Source: an uncultured beta proteobacterium (GTDB lineage Bacteria > Pseudomonadota > Gammaproteobacteria > Burkholderiales > Burkholderiaceae_C). Taken from it: 64,000 bases of DNA. The notes beneath the pieces were generated by a model. The model did not search any database, was not told where the DNA came from, and saw nothing but the letters and a program-made list of their open reading frames with translations. Positions within the stretch are counted from its first letter, which is position 1; every line of letters starts with the position of its first letter. Positions 30,962-40,133 of this stretch are shown piece by piece. The translations under genes and the position numbers were made by a program. The stretch spans positions 1,324 through 65,323 of the forward strand of contig CAJAES010000027.1 of NCBI GenBank assembly GCA_903938815.1. Direction: 5' to 3'.

Positions 30962-32080
30962 ATGACAGCCCGCACGACACCACCCTTCCGCGCCGACCAC
31001 GTCGGCAGCTTCCTGCGCCCGAAGTACCTGCTCGACGCCCGTGAGCAGTTCTTCGTGAAGAAGGAAATCACCGCCGAGCAGCTGCGCGCGGTGGAAGACA
31101 AGGCCATCGCAGAGATCGTGAAGTTCCAGCAGGACGTGGGCCTGCAGAGCATCACCGACGGCGAGTTCCGCCGCACCTACTTCCACATCGACTTCCTGGC
31201 CCAGCTGGGCGGCGTCAAGACCGACATCCCGGTCACGGTGCTGCGCCCGGACGGCACCGAAGAGCTCGCTCCGCCGGTCATCCGCGTCATCGACAAGGTG
31301 CGCCACGTCAAGGACATCCAGCGCGCCGACTTCGAGTACCTGAAGTCGCAGGTCGCTGCCGGCCTGACGCCCAAGGTCACGATCCCGTCGCCCACGATGC
31401 TGCACTTCCGCGGCGGCCGCGCCGGCATCAGCCGCGAGGCCTACCCCGAGCTCGACCCGGTCTTCTACGACGACGTCGCCAAGGCCTACGGCGAGGAGCT
31501 GCAGTCGCTCTTCGACGCCGGCTGCCGCTATGTGCAGATGGACGACACCAACCTCGCGTACCTGTGCGACGAGAAGATGCGCGAAGCCGCCCGCCTGCGC
31601 GGCGACGACCCCAACGAACTGCCGCACCGCTACGCCGCCTTCATCAACAAGGTCGTCGCCCACAAGCCGGCCGGCATGACGCTGGCCATGCACCTGTGTC
31701 GCGGCAACTTCAAGAGCACGCACGCCGCCGCCGGCAACTACGAGCCCGTGGCCGAGGCGCTGCTGTCGGAGATGAACCTCGACGCCTTCTTCCTGGAGTA
31801 CGACGACGAGCGCTCCGGCGACTTCCGGCCGCTGCGCTACCTGTCCAAGGGCAAGATCGTCGTGCTGGGCCTCGTGACCACGAAGTTCGGCGAGATGGAG
31901 AGCAAGGACGCCCTCAAGCGCCGCATCGAGGAAGCCGCCAAGTACGCGCCGCTCGACCAGCTCTGCCTGTCCCCGCAGTGCGGCTTCAGCAGCACCGTGC
32001 ACGGCAACAACATCGCCGTCGAAGCGCAGCGCTCCAAGCTGCGCCTGGTGGTGGAGACGGCCCAGGAAGTCTGGGGCTGA
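30962..32080 (+). CDS. Cobalamin-independent methionine synthase family protein (single MetE C-terminal-like domain, YxjG/YxjH type)
   Basis: GAGGAG SD. 372 aa. PPFRADHVGSFLRP...ITDGEFRR...LSPQCGF motifs of the Meth_synt_2 fold. Confidence 0.8.
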   Translation: MTARTTPPFRADHVGSFLRPKYLLDAREQFFVKKEITAEQLRAVEDKAIAEIVKFQQDVGLQSITDGEFRRTYFHIDFLAQLGGVKTDIPVTVLRPDGTEELAPPVIRVIDKVRHVKDIQRADFEYLKSQVAAGLTPKVTIPSPTMLHFRGGRAGISREAYPELDPVFYDDVAKAYGEELQSLFDAGCRYVQMDDTNLAYLCDEKMREAARLRGDDPNELPHRYAAFINKVVAHKPAGMTLAMHLCRGNFKSTHAAAGNYEPVAEALLSEMNLDAFFLEYDDERSGDFRPLRYLSKGKIVVLGLVTTKFGEMESKDALKRRIEEAAKYAPLDQLCLSPQCGFSSTVHGNNIAVEAQRSKLRLVVETAQEVWG

Positions 32081-32143
32081 TCCCCAGGCTGGACGCCTGA
32101 GGGCAGGGCAGGCCCGGCGCGCAGTGCGGGCCAAGCCGTGCCT

Positions 32144-33109
32144 TCAGGCTGTGGCCGCCTCGGCCTGCAGCATGGCCGTCTCGGCCTGCAACATGGCCGC
32201 CACCAGCTCGGGCTCGTTCACGGTGCGCATGCGCTCGAACAGCGCCTGCGCTTCGGGGAAGCGGCGGCGCAGCAGGTTGAGCCACTGCTTCAGGCGCCCC
32301 GCGCGGTGGCGTGCCACCACATGCCCGGCGATGCGGTGCCAGAAGTGCTGCAGCAGCGGCGGCATGGCGCTCCAGTCGGGCGCGCTGACGCCGCGCACGG
32401 CCAGCGCCAGGCCCGGGTCGGCCACCATGCCGCGTCCCAGCATCAACGCGTCGCACCCGCTTTCGGCCAGGCAGCGCTCTGCGTCGGCCACGTTCCAGAC
32501 CTCGCCGTTCGCCACCACCGGGATGCCCACGGATTCACGGATCAACGCGATGCGGTCCCAGTAGGCCGGCGGCCGGTAGCCGTGCACCTTGGTGCGCCCG
32601 TGTACCACCAGCTCCGATGCGCCCGCAGCGGCTATGCCGCGCGCGTTGTCGAGCATCAGCGCGTCGTCGCGGTGCCCGAGCCGCATCTTGGCCGATACCG
32701 GCATGTTCATCGGCACCGCGCGCCGCACGGCGGCCACGATGGCGTGCACCAGCTCGGGTTCGTCGAGCAGGACGGCGCCGCCGCGATGCCGGTTCACCGT
32801 GGGGGCAGGGCAGCCGAAGTTGAGGTCGATGCCGGCCGGTCCCAGCGATGCCAGCCGCGCCGCGTTCTCGGCGAGGCAGGCCGGGTCGCTGCCCAGCAGC
32901 TGGGCGCGGACCGGCGTGCCCGCACCGGTGCGGCCACCGGTGAGCAGTTCGGGCACCACGCGGGTGAACACGCGCGGCGGCAGCAACTGGTCGGTGACAC
33001 GGATGAACTCCGAAACGCACAGGTCCACGCCGCCGATGCGGGTGAGCGTGTCGCGCAGGCTGTGGTCGAGCAGGCCCTCCATCGGGGCCAGGAGAATTCT
33101 GAGGGGCAT
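32144..33109 (-). CDS. dusC: tRNA-dihydrouridine(16) synthase DusC
   Basis: C-terminal 321 aa of track ORF 32144..34276. MPLRILLAPMEGLLDHSLRDTLT...DLNFGCPAPTVNRHRGGAVLL...VHGRTK aligns closely with E. coli DusC as I remember it. Confidence 0.85.
   Translation of the reverse strand: MPLRILLAPMEGLLDHSLRDTLTRIGGVDLCVSEFIRVTDQLLPPRVFTRVVPELLTGGRTGAGTPVRAQLLGSDPACLAENAARLASLGPAGIDLNFGCPAPTVNRHRGGAVLLDEPELVHAIVAAVRRAVPMNMPVSAKMRLGHRDDALMLDNARGIAAAGASELVVHGRTKVHGYRPPAYWDRIALIRESVGIPVVANGEVWNVADAERCLAESGCDALMLGRGMVADPGLALAVRGVSAPDWSAMPPLLQHFWHRIAGHVVARHRAGRLKQWLNLLRRRFPEAQALFERMRTVNEPELVAAMLQAETAMLQAEAATA
32159..32200. repeat. 2 x 21-bp in-frame tandem duplication at the dusC 3' end
   Basis: ctcggcctgcagcatggccgt / ctcggcctgcaacatggccgc are 19/21 identical. 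They encode (A/T)AMLQAE twice just before the stop. Confidence 0.85.
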
Positions 33110-33238
33110 GTCGGCATTGTCCTTGCCCGCCCGTGCGAGCGCGGGATGCGTTGAGAAAGCGCAAGGTGCCGACGTTCCGTCCGCGCACAAATCGGCGTTC
33201 TGGCCGTTTTCGGCCGCTGTCCGCTGGAAGGAACCTGC

Positions 33239-35233
33239 ATGGACCGGATCGCCATTCGAGCACGGGTCGCCGGTGCGTTGGCCGCAACTCTGGGCGCCGC
33301 GATGCTGCTCGCATCGTGCGGTGGCGGGGGCAGCGACGACGAGCCCGGCCCGGCCCCGTTCGCACAGACGGCGCAGGCCTACTGGGTTTCGGGCACGGGC
33401 TCGCGGTGGGTCTATCAGCGCACCGATGCGCGAACGGGCTCGAACGCCGGCCCCGTGCTGAAGACCGTGACGGACGAAGGCGAGCAAACCGTCGCGGGCC
33501 AGGCCGTGCGGCGCTTCAGGCACACCTGGTCCCTGTATGGCGACACGCCGGAGGTCGAGTTGCGACGCTTCGATGGCAGCGCCATCCTGAACGTCATCGA
33601 CCTTGGCGCCGCGTTCGGCGTACCGGCCCCGATGCAGGCGTATGCCGAGGTGCCGGCGCCGCTGGTTGACGGCGCGACCGTGCCGATCGCGGATTCCACC
33701 CAAAGCGCCGACTTCAACGGCGACAGCAAGATGGACAGCCTGCGAATCGAGGTCCGCGCGACCATCGGCCGGGAAGCCGTGCTCAGCACGCCGGCTGGTG
33801 ACTTCCGCGATGTGCTGCGCGTGCGGCAGACCGTGGTCGGAACGGTCGCCGACGGCGCCAGCGGCCAGAGCGCCAGCGCCACGGTGATCCAGACGAGCTG
33901 GTACGCGGCCGGCGTGGGCGTCGTGAAGCGCGTGTTCGAGGATCCTTCCTTCAGCGCGCCGGGCAACACCGTGACCGAGGTGCTCGTGGGTCTGGACGCC
34001 GGTGGCCGGCGCGCCGGGCTGCTGCCGGGCGTGAGCCTGCTCGACGACATCGGGGCGGGCGGTGATTCGCGCACGCCGGGCGCCGTGGGCGTGGCGGTGG
34101 GCGCCGACCGCACGATGACCGTGGCCACGCGGGCCGGCAGCGTCGAAGGGGCGGTCCGCACGACGGACGGCGGCCTGGTCTGGCGCGGGCAGGTGCTGCA
34201 GGCGCCGGAGGGCCACGAGTTCGGCCCGCTGTCGATCACCTTCGACGGCAGCGACTTCCGCGTCGTGGCGGCGCATCGCAAGCCCTTCGATTCGCCGGCG
34301 CAGACCACCGTCCGCGCCCAGCGGGTCGGGGTTGGCGGGGCTCTGCGCGACGGCGCCGCGGGCATGGTGCTGGACACGGGCATCCTGGACACCACGCAGA
34401 CCGTTGGCGCGCTGCGCACGGCCGCGCAGGCTGGGCGCCTTCTCGTTGCCTGGGGGCGTTACGACACCACCTACGTGCCGGTGGCGCCGGGCCTGGTCAC
34501 GCAGCGCGGCTATGTGGTCGAGGGCCGCCTGTACGGGGCCGACAACGCGCCGCTGGCGCCGGCGTTCGCGTTGAGCGAAGGCCTGCCCGCTGCGGTCGGC
34601 GTGCGCGACGACCAGTTCATCGTGGTGCCGACGCAGCAGGTCATCAGTGCCGCGGTGCTGCGCAGCTGGGCGGTTTCGGCCGTCGACGGTGTGCCGGTCG
34701 ATCCGGCGGGCACGGTGATCGACGAGCGCCTGCTGGCCCGCAACGCGCCCACGCTGCAGCGCGTGGGCGACGAGTTGTGGGTCAGCTATGGCAGCTACCC
34801 GGAGGACACCCTCGGCCAGCCCAGCCCGACCATCACGCTGGCGCGCCTGGGGCGGAACGGCGTGCTGCTAGACGGCACCCCGGCCGCGCCCGGCCGCGCC
34901 CTGGTGGGCCCGGACGCCGCGCGCGGATGGGGTGTGGCCGGGCTGGGTGGCGCGTCGAACGTGCTGACCTGGGTGGAGGGCTGGAACACGGTGAAGGGAA
35001 CGTTCTTCGACGCCAGTGTCCTGGCAGGAACCACCGGGCTGCCCTCGACGAGTTCGACCCTGACCGTCGGCGACCCCTTGCAGGCCAGTGGCGGGCCGTC
35101 GCGCTCGATGCTCTGGGCCGGGCCTGCAGGCGCCGGGACGATGGTGGTGTGGCTCGACAACGAACAGTCCGCCGAGACGCCTTCGGACCGCGTGTCGGCC
35201 ACGCTGATCCTGCCGCGCCTGCCGGCTCCGTGA
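33239..35233 (+). CDS. Large lipoprotein of unknown function
   Basis: 664 aa. Signal peptide with lipobox LLASC followed by GGGGSDDE. GC3 is high throughout. I recognise no family. Divergent from dusC. Confidence 0.7.
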   Translation: MDRIAIRARVAGALAATLGAAMLLASCGGGGSDDEPGPAPFAQTAQAYWVSGTGSRWVYQRTDARTGSNAGPVLKTVTDEGEQTVAGQAVRRFRHTWSLYGDTPEVELRRFDGSAILNVIDLGAAFGVPAPMQAYAEVPAPLVDGATVPIADSTQSADFNGDSKMDSLRIEVRATIGREAVLSTPAGDFRDVLRVRQTVVGTVADGASGQSASATVIQTSWYAAGVGVVKRVFEDPSFSAPGNTVTEVLVGLDAGGRRAGLLPGVSLLDDIGAGGDSRTPGAVGVAVGADRTMTVATRAGSVEGAVRTTDGGLVWRGQVLQAPEGHEFGPLSITFDGSDFRVVAAHRKPFDSPAQTTVRAQRVGVGGALRDGAAGMVLDTGILDTTQTVGALRTAAQAGRLLVAWGRYDTTYVPVAPGLVTQRGYVVEGRLYGADNAPLAPAFALSEGLPAAVGVRDDQFIVVPTQQVISAAVLRSWAVSAVDGVPVDPAGTVIDERLLARNAPTLQRVGDELWVSYGSYPEDTLGQPSPTITLARLGRNGVLLDGTPAAPGRALVGPDAARGWGVAGLGGASNVLTWVEGWNTVKGTFFDASVLAGTTGLPSTSSTLTVGDPLQASGGPSRSMLWAGPAGAGTMVVWLDNEQSAETPSDRVSATLILPRLPAP

Positions 35234-35272
35234 CCACCGGGGCAGGGCGGGCGATCCATCTCGACCAGATCC

Positions 35273-36240
35273 TCACGGCCCGCTGTGGCGCCGGGCCGTG
35301 ACCGGCTGCAGCACGATGCCCAGCAGGGTGATGGCTGCGAAGCCGGCCCCGACCATGAACGTGACCGAAGACCCGCAAAGTTCCCACAGCAGGCCCGCCA
35401 CCACGCTGGACACCAGCATCGCGATGCCGCTCATCAGGTTGAAGAAGCCGAAGGCCGTGCCGCGCAGGTCTTCCGGCGCGGTGTCGGCCACCATCGCCGC
35501 CAGCAGGCCCTGCGTCATGCCCATGTGAACGCCCCAGAGCGCCACGCCCAGGCCCAGCATCCACCAGTACGGCCGCCCGAGCCGGGCCAGCGCTGCGCGG
35601 CGCATGGGGTTGACGGCGCCCCGTTCGCGGCGCTGCTCCGGTTCGCGGATGCCCACGAGCAACAGCAGCACGGCCAGCACCCCCGGGATCACGGCGACCC
35701 AGAAGACGGCGCGGAAGTCGTTGGCCCAGGCCAGCATCAGGCCCGTGGCCAGCAGCGGGCCGGTGAACGCGCCCACGGTGTCGAGCACTGCCGCAGCCCG
35801 AAGGCAGCGCCGCGGATGGCGGGTGACGTGATGTCCGCGAGCAGGGCATCGCGCGGAGCGCCGCGTATGCCCTTGCCCACGCGGTCGATGAAGCGCGCGG
35901 CCACCACCATGCCCACGCCGCTGGCCATCGCGAAGACCGGCTTGGTCAGCGCGCCCATCGCATAGCCCAGCTCGGCCAGGCCCTTGCGGCGCCCGAGGTA
36001 GTCGCTGAGCGCGCCGGAGAAGACCATGGAGATCAGCGCGGTGGACTCCGCCAGCCCTTCGATGATGCCGACCGCCAGCACGCTGACACCCAGCGTGCCC
36101 ACCAGGAACAGCGGCAGCAGGCTGTGGATCATTTCGGAGGAGATGTCCATCAGCATGCTCACGAAACCGAGCACCCAGACGCCTGCGGGAATGCGTGGCG
36201 GTGTGTGCGGGCTCACTGGACTAACCTCCATGCTGCGCAT
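35273..36240 (-). pseudogene. MFS transporter pseudogene (1-nt frameshift plus apparent internal deletion)
   Basis: The N-terminal part is in the frame of track ORF 35737..36612 (from MRSMEVSPV...GAAFGLRQ). The C-terminal part is in the frame of ORF 35273..35788 (LDTVGAFTGPLLA...). The frames join at about 35788-35790, and only about 9 TM segments can be counted. Confidence 0.7.
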
Positions 36241-36352
36241 TCCGGAATTCGCCTTGGGACGGCCCGGCGGGCTCATGCCCGATTGTCGGCTGCGCGGGGC
36301 AGGGGCCCCGGAACTCGCAGCACAATGCGCGTTTTGCCCGGAAGCCCGCCCG

Positions 36353-37735
36353 ATGACTGTCCTGCTGAAGAAACCCGCGGCCGCCGCGACCCCCATCCAC
36401 GCCGTCGACCGCGCCAGCTTTGACACCCACCTCAGGACCGCTCCCGCCACCACGCGGCGCTGGCTGCAGGCCACCGGTTTTCGCGGCGAGGCCGACCGCC
36501 ACGTGCTGGTGCCGGCGGCCGACGGCAGCCTGCTGGAAGTCTGGGCCGGCATCGAGGGCGCGGCCTCGCCCTGGGCGCTGGCGGCACTGCCGCGCGCACT
36601 GCCAGCGGGCACCTACCGCATCGCGGACGACGGCCTGGACATCGACACCACGGCTGCAGCCATGTCCTGGGAGCTGGGCGGCTACCAGTTCGATGTCTAC
36701 AAGGCCACCACGCGCGAGCCGGCCACGCTGATGCTGGAACCCGGCCTGGCCGCCGAGCGCGGGCTGCTGCTGGCCACGGCCATGGCATCGGTGCGCGACC
36801 TGGTGAACACCCCGGCCGAGCACATGGGCCCGGAACAGCTGGCCGAGGCTGTGCGCCTGGTGGCCAGGCAGCACGGCGCCAAGTTCAAGCAGACCGTCGG
36901 CGATGCGCTGCTGAAGGCCGGATTCCCCGCCGTTCACGCGGTGGGCCGGGCAGCCGATGCCGCGCGTGCGCCGCGTCTCATCGAGCTGAAGTGGGGCTCG
37001 TCCAAGCACCCGCTGCTCAGCATCGTCGGCAAGGGCGTGTGCTTCGACACCGGCGGTCTGAACATCAAGGGCAGCGAGGGCATGCGCCAGATGAAGAAGG
37101 ACATGGGCGGCGCCGCCAATGCCCTGGGCCTGGCGCAGATGATCATGGCGCTGAAGCTGCCGGTGCAACTGCAACTGCTGATTCCGGCGGTGGAGAACGC
37201 CATCGCCGGCAACGCCTATCGCCCGGGTGATGTGTTCCGCACGCGCGCCGGCCTGCACATCGAGATCGGCAACACCGATGCCGAGGGCCGGGTCATCCTC
37301 TGCGATGCCATCGCCTACGCCGCCGAGTCGAAGCCGGCGCTGCTGCTGGACCTGGCAACCCTGACCGGCGCGGCCCGCGTGGCGCTGGGCGCACAGCTTC
37401 CGGCGCTGTTCTGCCGCGACATGGCGCTGGCGCGCGAGCTGGTGGACGACGGCCTCGCGCTGCAGGACCCGCTGTGGCACCTGCCGCTCTGGCGCGGCTA
37501 CCACGCCGGCATCGAAAGCAGCGTGGCCGACATCGTCAACACCGGCCGCAACGCCATGGGCGGCGCCATCAACGCAGCGCTGTTCCTGGAGGATTTCGTG
37601 CCCGCCGATCAGCCCTGGCTGCACATCGACCTCTTCGCCTGGAACGACCAGGCCCGCCCGGGCCGGCCCGTGGGCGGCGAGGCGCAGACCCTGCGCACGC
37701 TGCTGCACTACCTGGAGCGGCGTTTCGGCGGCTGA
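36353..37735 (+). CDS. M17 family leucyl aminopeptidase-like protein
   Basis: ATG 36353 in track ORF 36026..37735. Motifs VGKGVCFDTGGLNIK, MKKDMGGAA and NTDAEGRVILCDA are the M17 signature. Confidence 0.85.
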   Translation: MTVLLKKPAAAATPIHAVDRASFDTHLRTAPATTRRWLQATGFRGEADRHVLVPAADGSLLEVWAGIEGAASPWALAALPRALPAGTYRIADDGLDIDTTAAAMSWELGGYQFDVYKATTREPATLMLEPGLAAERGLLLATAMASVRDLVNTPAEHMGPEQLAEAVRLVARQHGAKFKQTVGDALLKAGFPAVHAVGRAADAARAPRLIELKWGSSKHPLLSIVGKGVCFDTGGLNIKGSEGMRQMKKDMGGAANALGLAQMIMALKLPVQLQLLIPAVENAIAGNAYRPGDVFRTRAGLHIEIGNTDAEGRVILCDAIAYAAESKPALLLDLATLTGAARVALGAQLPALFCRDMALARELVDDGLALQDPLWHLPLWRGYHAGIESSVADIVNTGRNAMGGAINAALFLEDFVPADQPWLHIDLFAWNDQARPGRPVGGEAQTLRTLLHYLERRFGG

Positions 37736-39099
37736 GCCGCGGCCGTCCCGCAGCGCACGATGCGCTGCAGCTTGCCGCTGCGCCCCCGGGGCAACCGGGG
37801 CAAAGTGCCCACGCGCACCTCGACCGGCAATGCGCCCTGGCCCTCGGCGTGGCGCTGCAGGGCCAGCACGGCGGCGCCGGCCGACCGCCCGGCGGTCAGC
37901 CACAGTTGAAGCGTCGACGGGCCTGTCTGTTCGAGGCGGAAATCGAACAGCCCGGCTTCTTCCTCCAGGACCGTGCTGAGCGCCAGCGGCAGCAGCCGCA
38001 CCGTGCGCCCGTGCGGGCCCGCAAGCGCCAGCAGGTCGTCGCATCGGCCCTGCACCTCGATCACCGGCAGCGGTGAGCCGCAACTGCACCGTGCCGCATG
38101 CAGCAGGATCCGATCCCCGATGTCGTACCGGATCAGCGGCTGCACGCGGTTGGCCAGGTTCGTCAGCAGCGTCGTGTGCGACAGCGTGCCCGGCGGCACC
38201 GGACGCCACCGCTCGTCCACCGGCTCGAGGATCACCCAGTCGGCATTCAGGTGCAGCGCGCCAACGCTGCACTCCGCCGCGATGGGCAGGAATTCGCTGG
38301 CGCCGTAGCTGTTGCGCAGAGGGCAGCCGAAGACCGACTCGATGCGGCCGCGCTGCGCCGTGCCGAGCGTCTCGCCGCCTGTCCAGACCTCGCTCAGCCT
38401 CAGGTCCAGGCGACCGTCAGCGGATGCCTCGGCCAGCATCGATGCGGCTGTCGGGTAGGTGGTCAGGATGGTCGGCGCGAAATCCTGCAGCGACTGCAGC
38501 AGCGCCGGGAGCGGTTGCAGGATGGACATGCCGGCCCAGCGGTCCGCCAGCCACGGCGCCATGCGGCGCAGCCTCTGCAGGCTCGCCTGGCTGGCGAAGT
38601 GGCCGTCGGTCGCCCCGACGAAGGCCACGCGCTCGGTCAGCCAGAACGGGTCCAGCAGGCGCTGCAAGGGCCGCAGCGGTGCGGGCCTTTGCCGTTCGAG
38701 TGCGTCGTAGACCGCCAGCGCCTGCGGGTCTTGCAGGAAGATGCCCGGCTCGCCCCGGCTGCCCGAACTCTCCCAGACCGCGTACCGGCCCAGGAACAGG
38801 TCGCCGATGCGGGTGGGGTCGGCGGCGAAGGCCTTCACTGCGGGCAGGCGCACCTCGGGGTCGGTGACCCACTCGTCGAACCGGCGCATCAGCGCGGCCT
38901 TGCGCACCACGGGCAGGCCGGCGAGCGGCGTCCGTTCGACGTCGATGCCGCGCAGGCTGTCCCGGTAGAACGCCGAAGCCGCCACGGCGTGCCGGAGCAG
39001 GCCGACCAGCCGTTCGCGCTGAAGCGCCGCCAGCGCCCCGGGCGCCAGCCATCGCGCACGCGCCACCGCAGCCGCCGGATCCATGTCCCAGGCATTCAT
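37708..39099 (-). CDS. Phenylacetate-CoA ligase family (PaaK/F390 synthetase-like adenylate-forming enzyme)
   Basis: Track ORF 37708..39135. Probable start at ATG 39099 (MNAWDMDPAAA). Motifs SSGSRGEP (P-loop-like), YGASE and a C-terminal GRSGKLQR. The 3' end overlaps the aminopeptidase gene by 28 nt. Confidence 0.75.
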   Translation of the reverse strand: MNAWDMDPAAAVARARWLAPGALAALQRERLVGLLRHAVAASAFYRDSLRGIDVERTPLAGLPVVRKAALMRRFDEWVTDPEVRLPAVKAFAADPTRIGDLFLGRYAVWESSGSRGEPGIFLQDPQALAVYDALERQRPAPLRPLQRLLDPFWLTERVAFVGATDGHFASQASLQRLRRMAPWLADRWAGMSILQPLPALLQSLQDFAPTILTTYPTAASMLAEASADGRLDLRLSEVWTGGETLGTAQRGRIESVFGCPLRNSYGASEFLPIAAECSVGALHLNADWVILEPVDERWRPVPPGTLSHTTLLTNLANRVQPLIRYDIGDRILLHAARCSCGSPLPVIEVQGRCDDLLALAGPHGRTVRLLPLALSTVLEEEAGLFDFRLEQTGPSTLQLWLTAGRSAGAAVLALQRHAEGQGALPVEVRVGTLPRLPRGRSGKLQRIVRCGTAAAQPPKRRSR

Positions 39100-39212
39100 G
39101 GAATCCCGGGCGCCCCAGGAGTCCGAGGAAATCATCCGCGGAGGATAGGGCGGGGCAGGGGCGGGCGGGCTTGCGAATCATCAAGGCATCGTCCGGGCTC
39201 CGTCCAATCTTC

Positions 39213-39278
39213 GTGCCAACGCGGTGCCAAAGCGGTGCCAACGCGGTGCCACCGTGGCGCCACCGTGGCGCCACCGAT
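39213..39278. repeat. Six tandem 11-bp units (GTGCCAACGCG-like, drifting to GCGCCACCGTG)
   Basis: G[T/C]GCCA cores lie at 39213, 39224, 39235, 39246, 39257 and 39268, an exact 11-bp phase. The array is in the divergent spacer between the ligase and hydratase genes. The minus strand reads TGGC[A/G]C. Confidence 0.9.
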
Positions 39279-39331
39279 GGCCGGCCGCTGGCCCTTGCCG
39301 TAGCATCCGGCGCACTTCAGAAGGAAGCCGC

Positions 39332-40126
39332 ATGTCAGAACCCTCCGTCCTCGTTGCCACGCGCGGTGCGATCCGCCTGCTGACGCTCAATCGTCCCGCC
39401 GCGCTGAACAGCTTCACGGCCGAGATGCACTCGCTGCTGCTGCCGGCGCTGGAGGATGCGGCGGCCGATTCCACCGTGCGCGCGGTCGTGATCACGGGCG
39501 CCGGGCGCGGTTTCTGCGCGGGCCAGGATCTGAACGACCCGGGCATGGCCGCCCCCGCCGGCGCGGCGCCCGATGTCGGCGCCGTCATCGAGCGCTACTA
39601 CCGGCCACTGGCCCTGCGCATGCGCAGCATGCCGGTGCCCGTGATTGCCGCGGTCAATGGCGTGGCCGCCGGCGCAGGCGCGAACTTCGCCCTGCTGTCG
39701 GATTTCGTTCTGGCCGCGCGCGGCGCGAGCTTCATCCAGGCCTTCTCGAAGATCGGCCTCGTGCCGGACTGCGGCGGCACCTGGCTGCTGCCGCGCCTGG
39801 TGGGCCGCGCTCGCGCCATCGGACTGGCCATGACCGGCGAGAAGCTTCCGGCCGAGGAGGCCGAACGCATCGGCATGATCTGGCGCTGCGTGGACGATGC
39901 CGCACTGATGGACAGCGCCTTCGCGCTGGCCGAGCGCCTGGCCGCCATGCCCGTGCACGCGATGGCCGAGACCCGGCGCGTGCTCGACCAGTCGGGCAGC
40001 CTGTCACTCGAGGAAGCACTGCGGCTCGAGGCCGACACCCAGCGCGAACTGGGCCTGGCGCATGACTTCTCCGAAGGCGTGGCTGCATTCCTGGCCAAGC
40101 GCGCGCCCGTGTTCACGGATCGTTGA
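39332..40126 (+). CDS. Enoyl-CoA hydratase/isomerase family protein (PaaG-like)
   Basis: AAGGAAG SD. RLLTLNRPAALNSF...ITGAGRGFCAGQDL...AAVNGVAAGAGANFAL crotonase motifs. Confidence 0.85.
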   Translation: MSEPSVLVATRGAIRLLTLNRPAALNSFTAEMHSLLLPALEDAAADSTVRAVVITGAGRGFCAGQDLNDPGMAAPAGAAPDVGAVIERYYRPLALRMRSMPVPVIAAVNGVAAGAGANFALLSDFVLAARGASFIQAFSKIGLVPDCGGTWLLPRLVGRARAIGLAMTGEKLPAEEAERIGMIWRCVDDAALMDSAFALAERLAAMPVHAMAETRRVLDQSGSLSLEEALRLEADTQRELGLAHDFSEGVAAFLAKRAPVFTDR

Positions 40127-40133
40127 GGCTGGC

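Noticed and set aside
32111-32132. Hairpin GGCCCG-N10-CGGGCC between the MetE-like gene and dusC as an intrinsic terminator.
   Set aside because: The stem is only 6 bp with a 10-nt loop and no U-tract on either strand. That is too weak to annotate.
32144-34276. 710-aa ORF containing DusC.
   Set aside because: Only the C-terminal 321 aa (from ATG 33109) match DusC. The N-terminal extension is antisense to the lipoprotein gene and has no SD or family signal.
37708-37735. 28-nt convergent overlap of the aminopeptidase and PaaK-like genes as a regulatory antisense arrangement.
   Set aside because: Short 3'-3' overlaps are common in GC-rich genomes, and both C-termini are low-information tails. 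There is no specific evidence of function.
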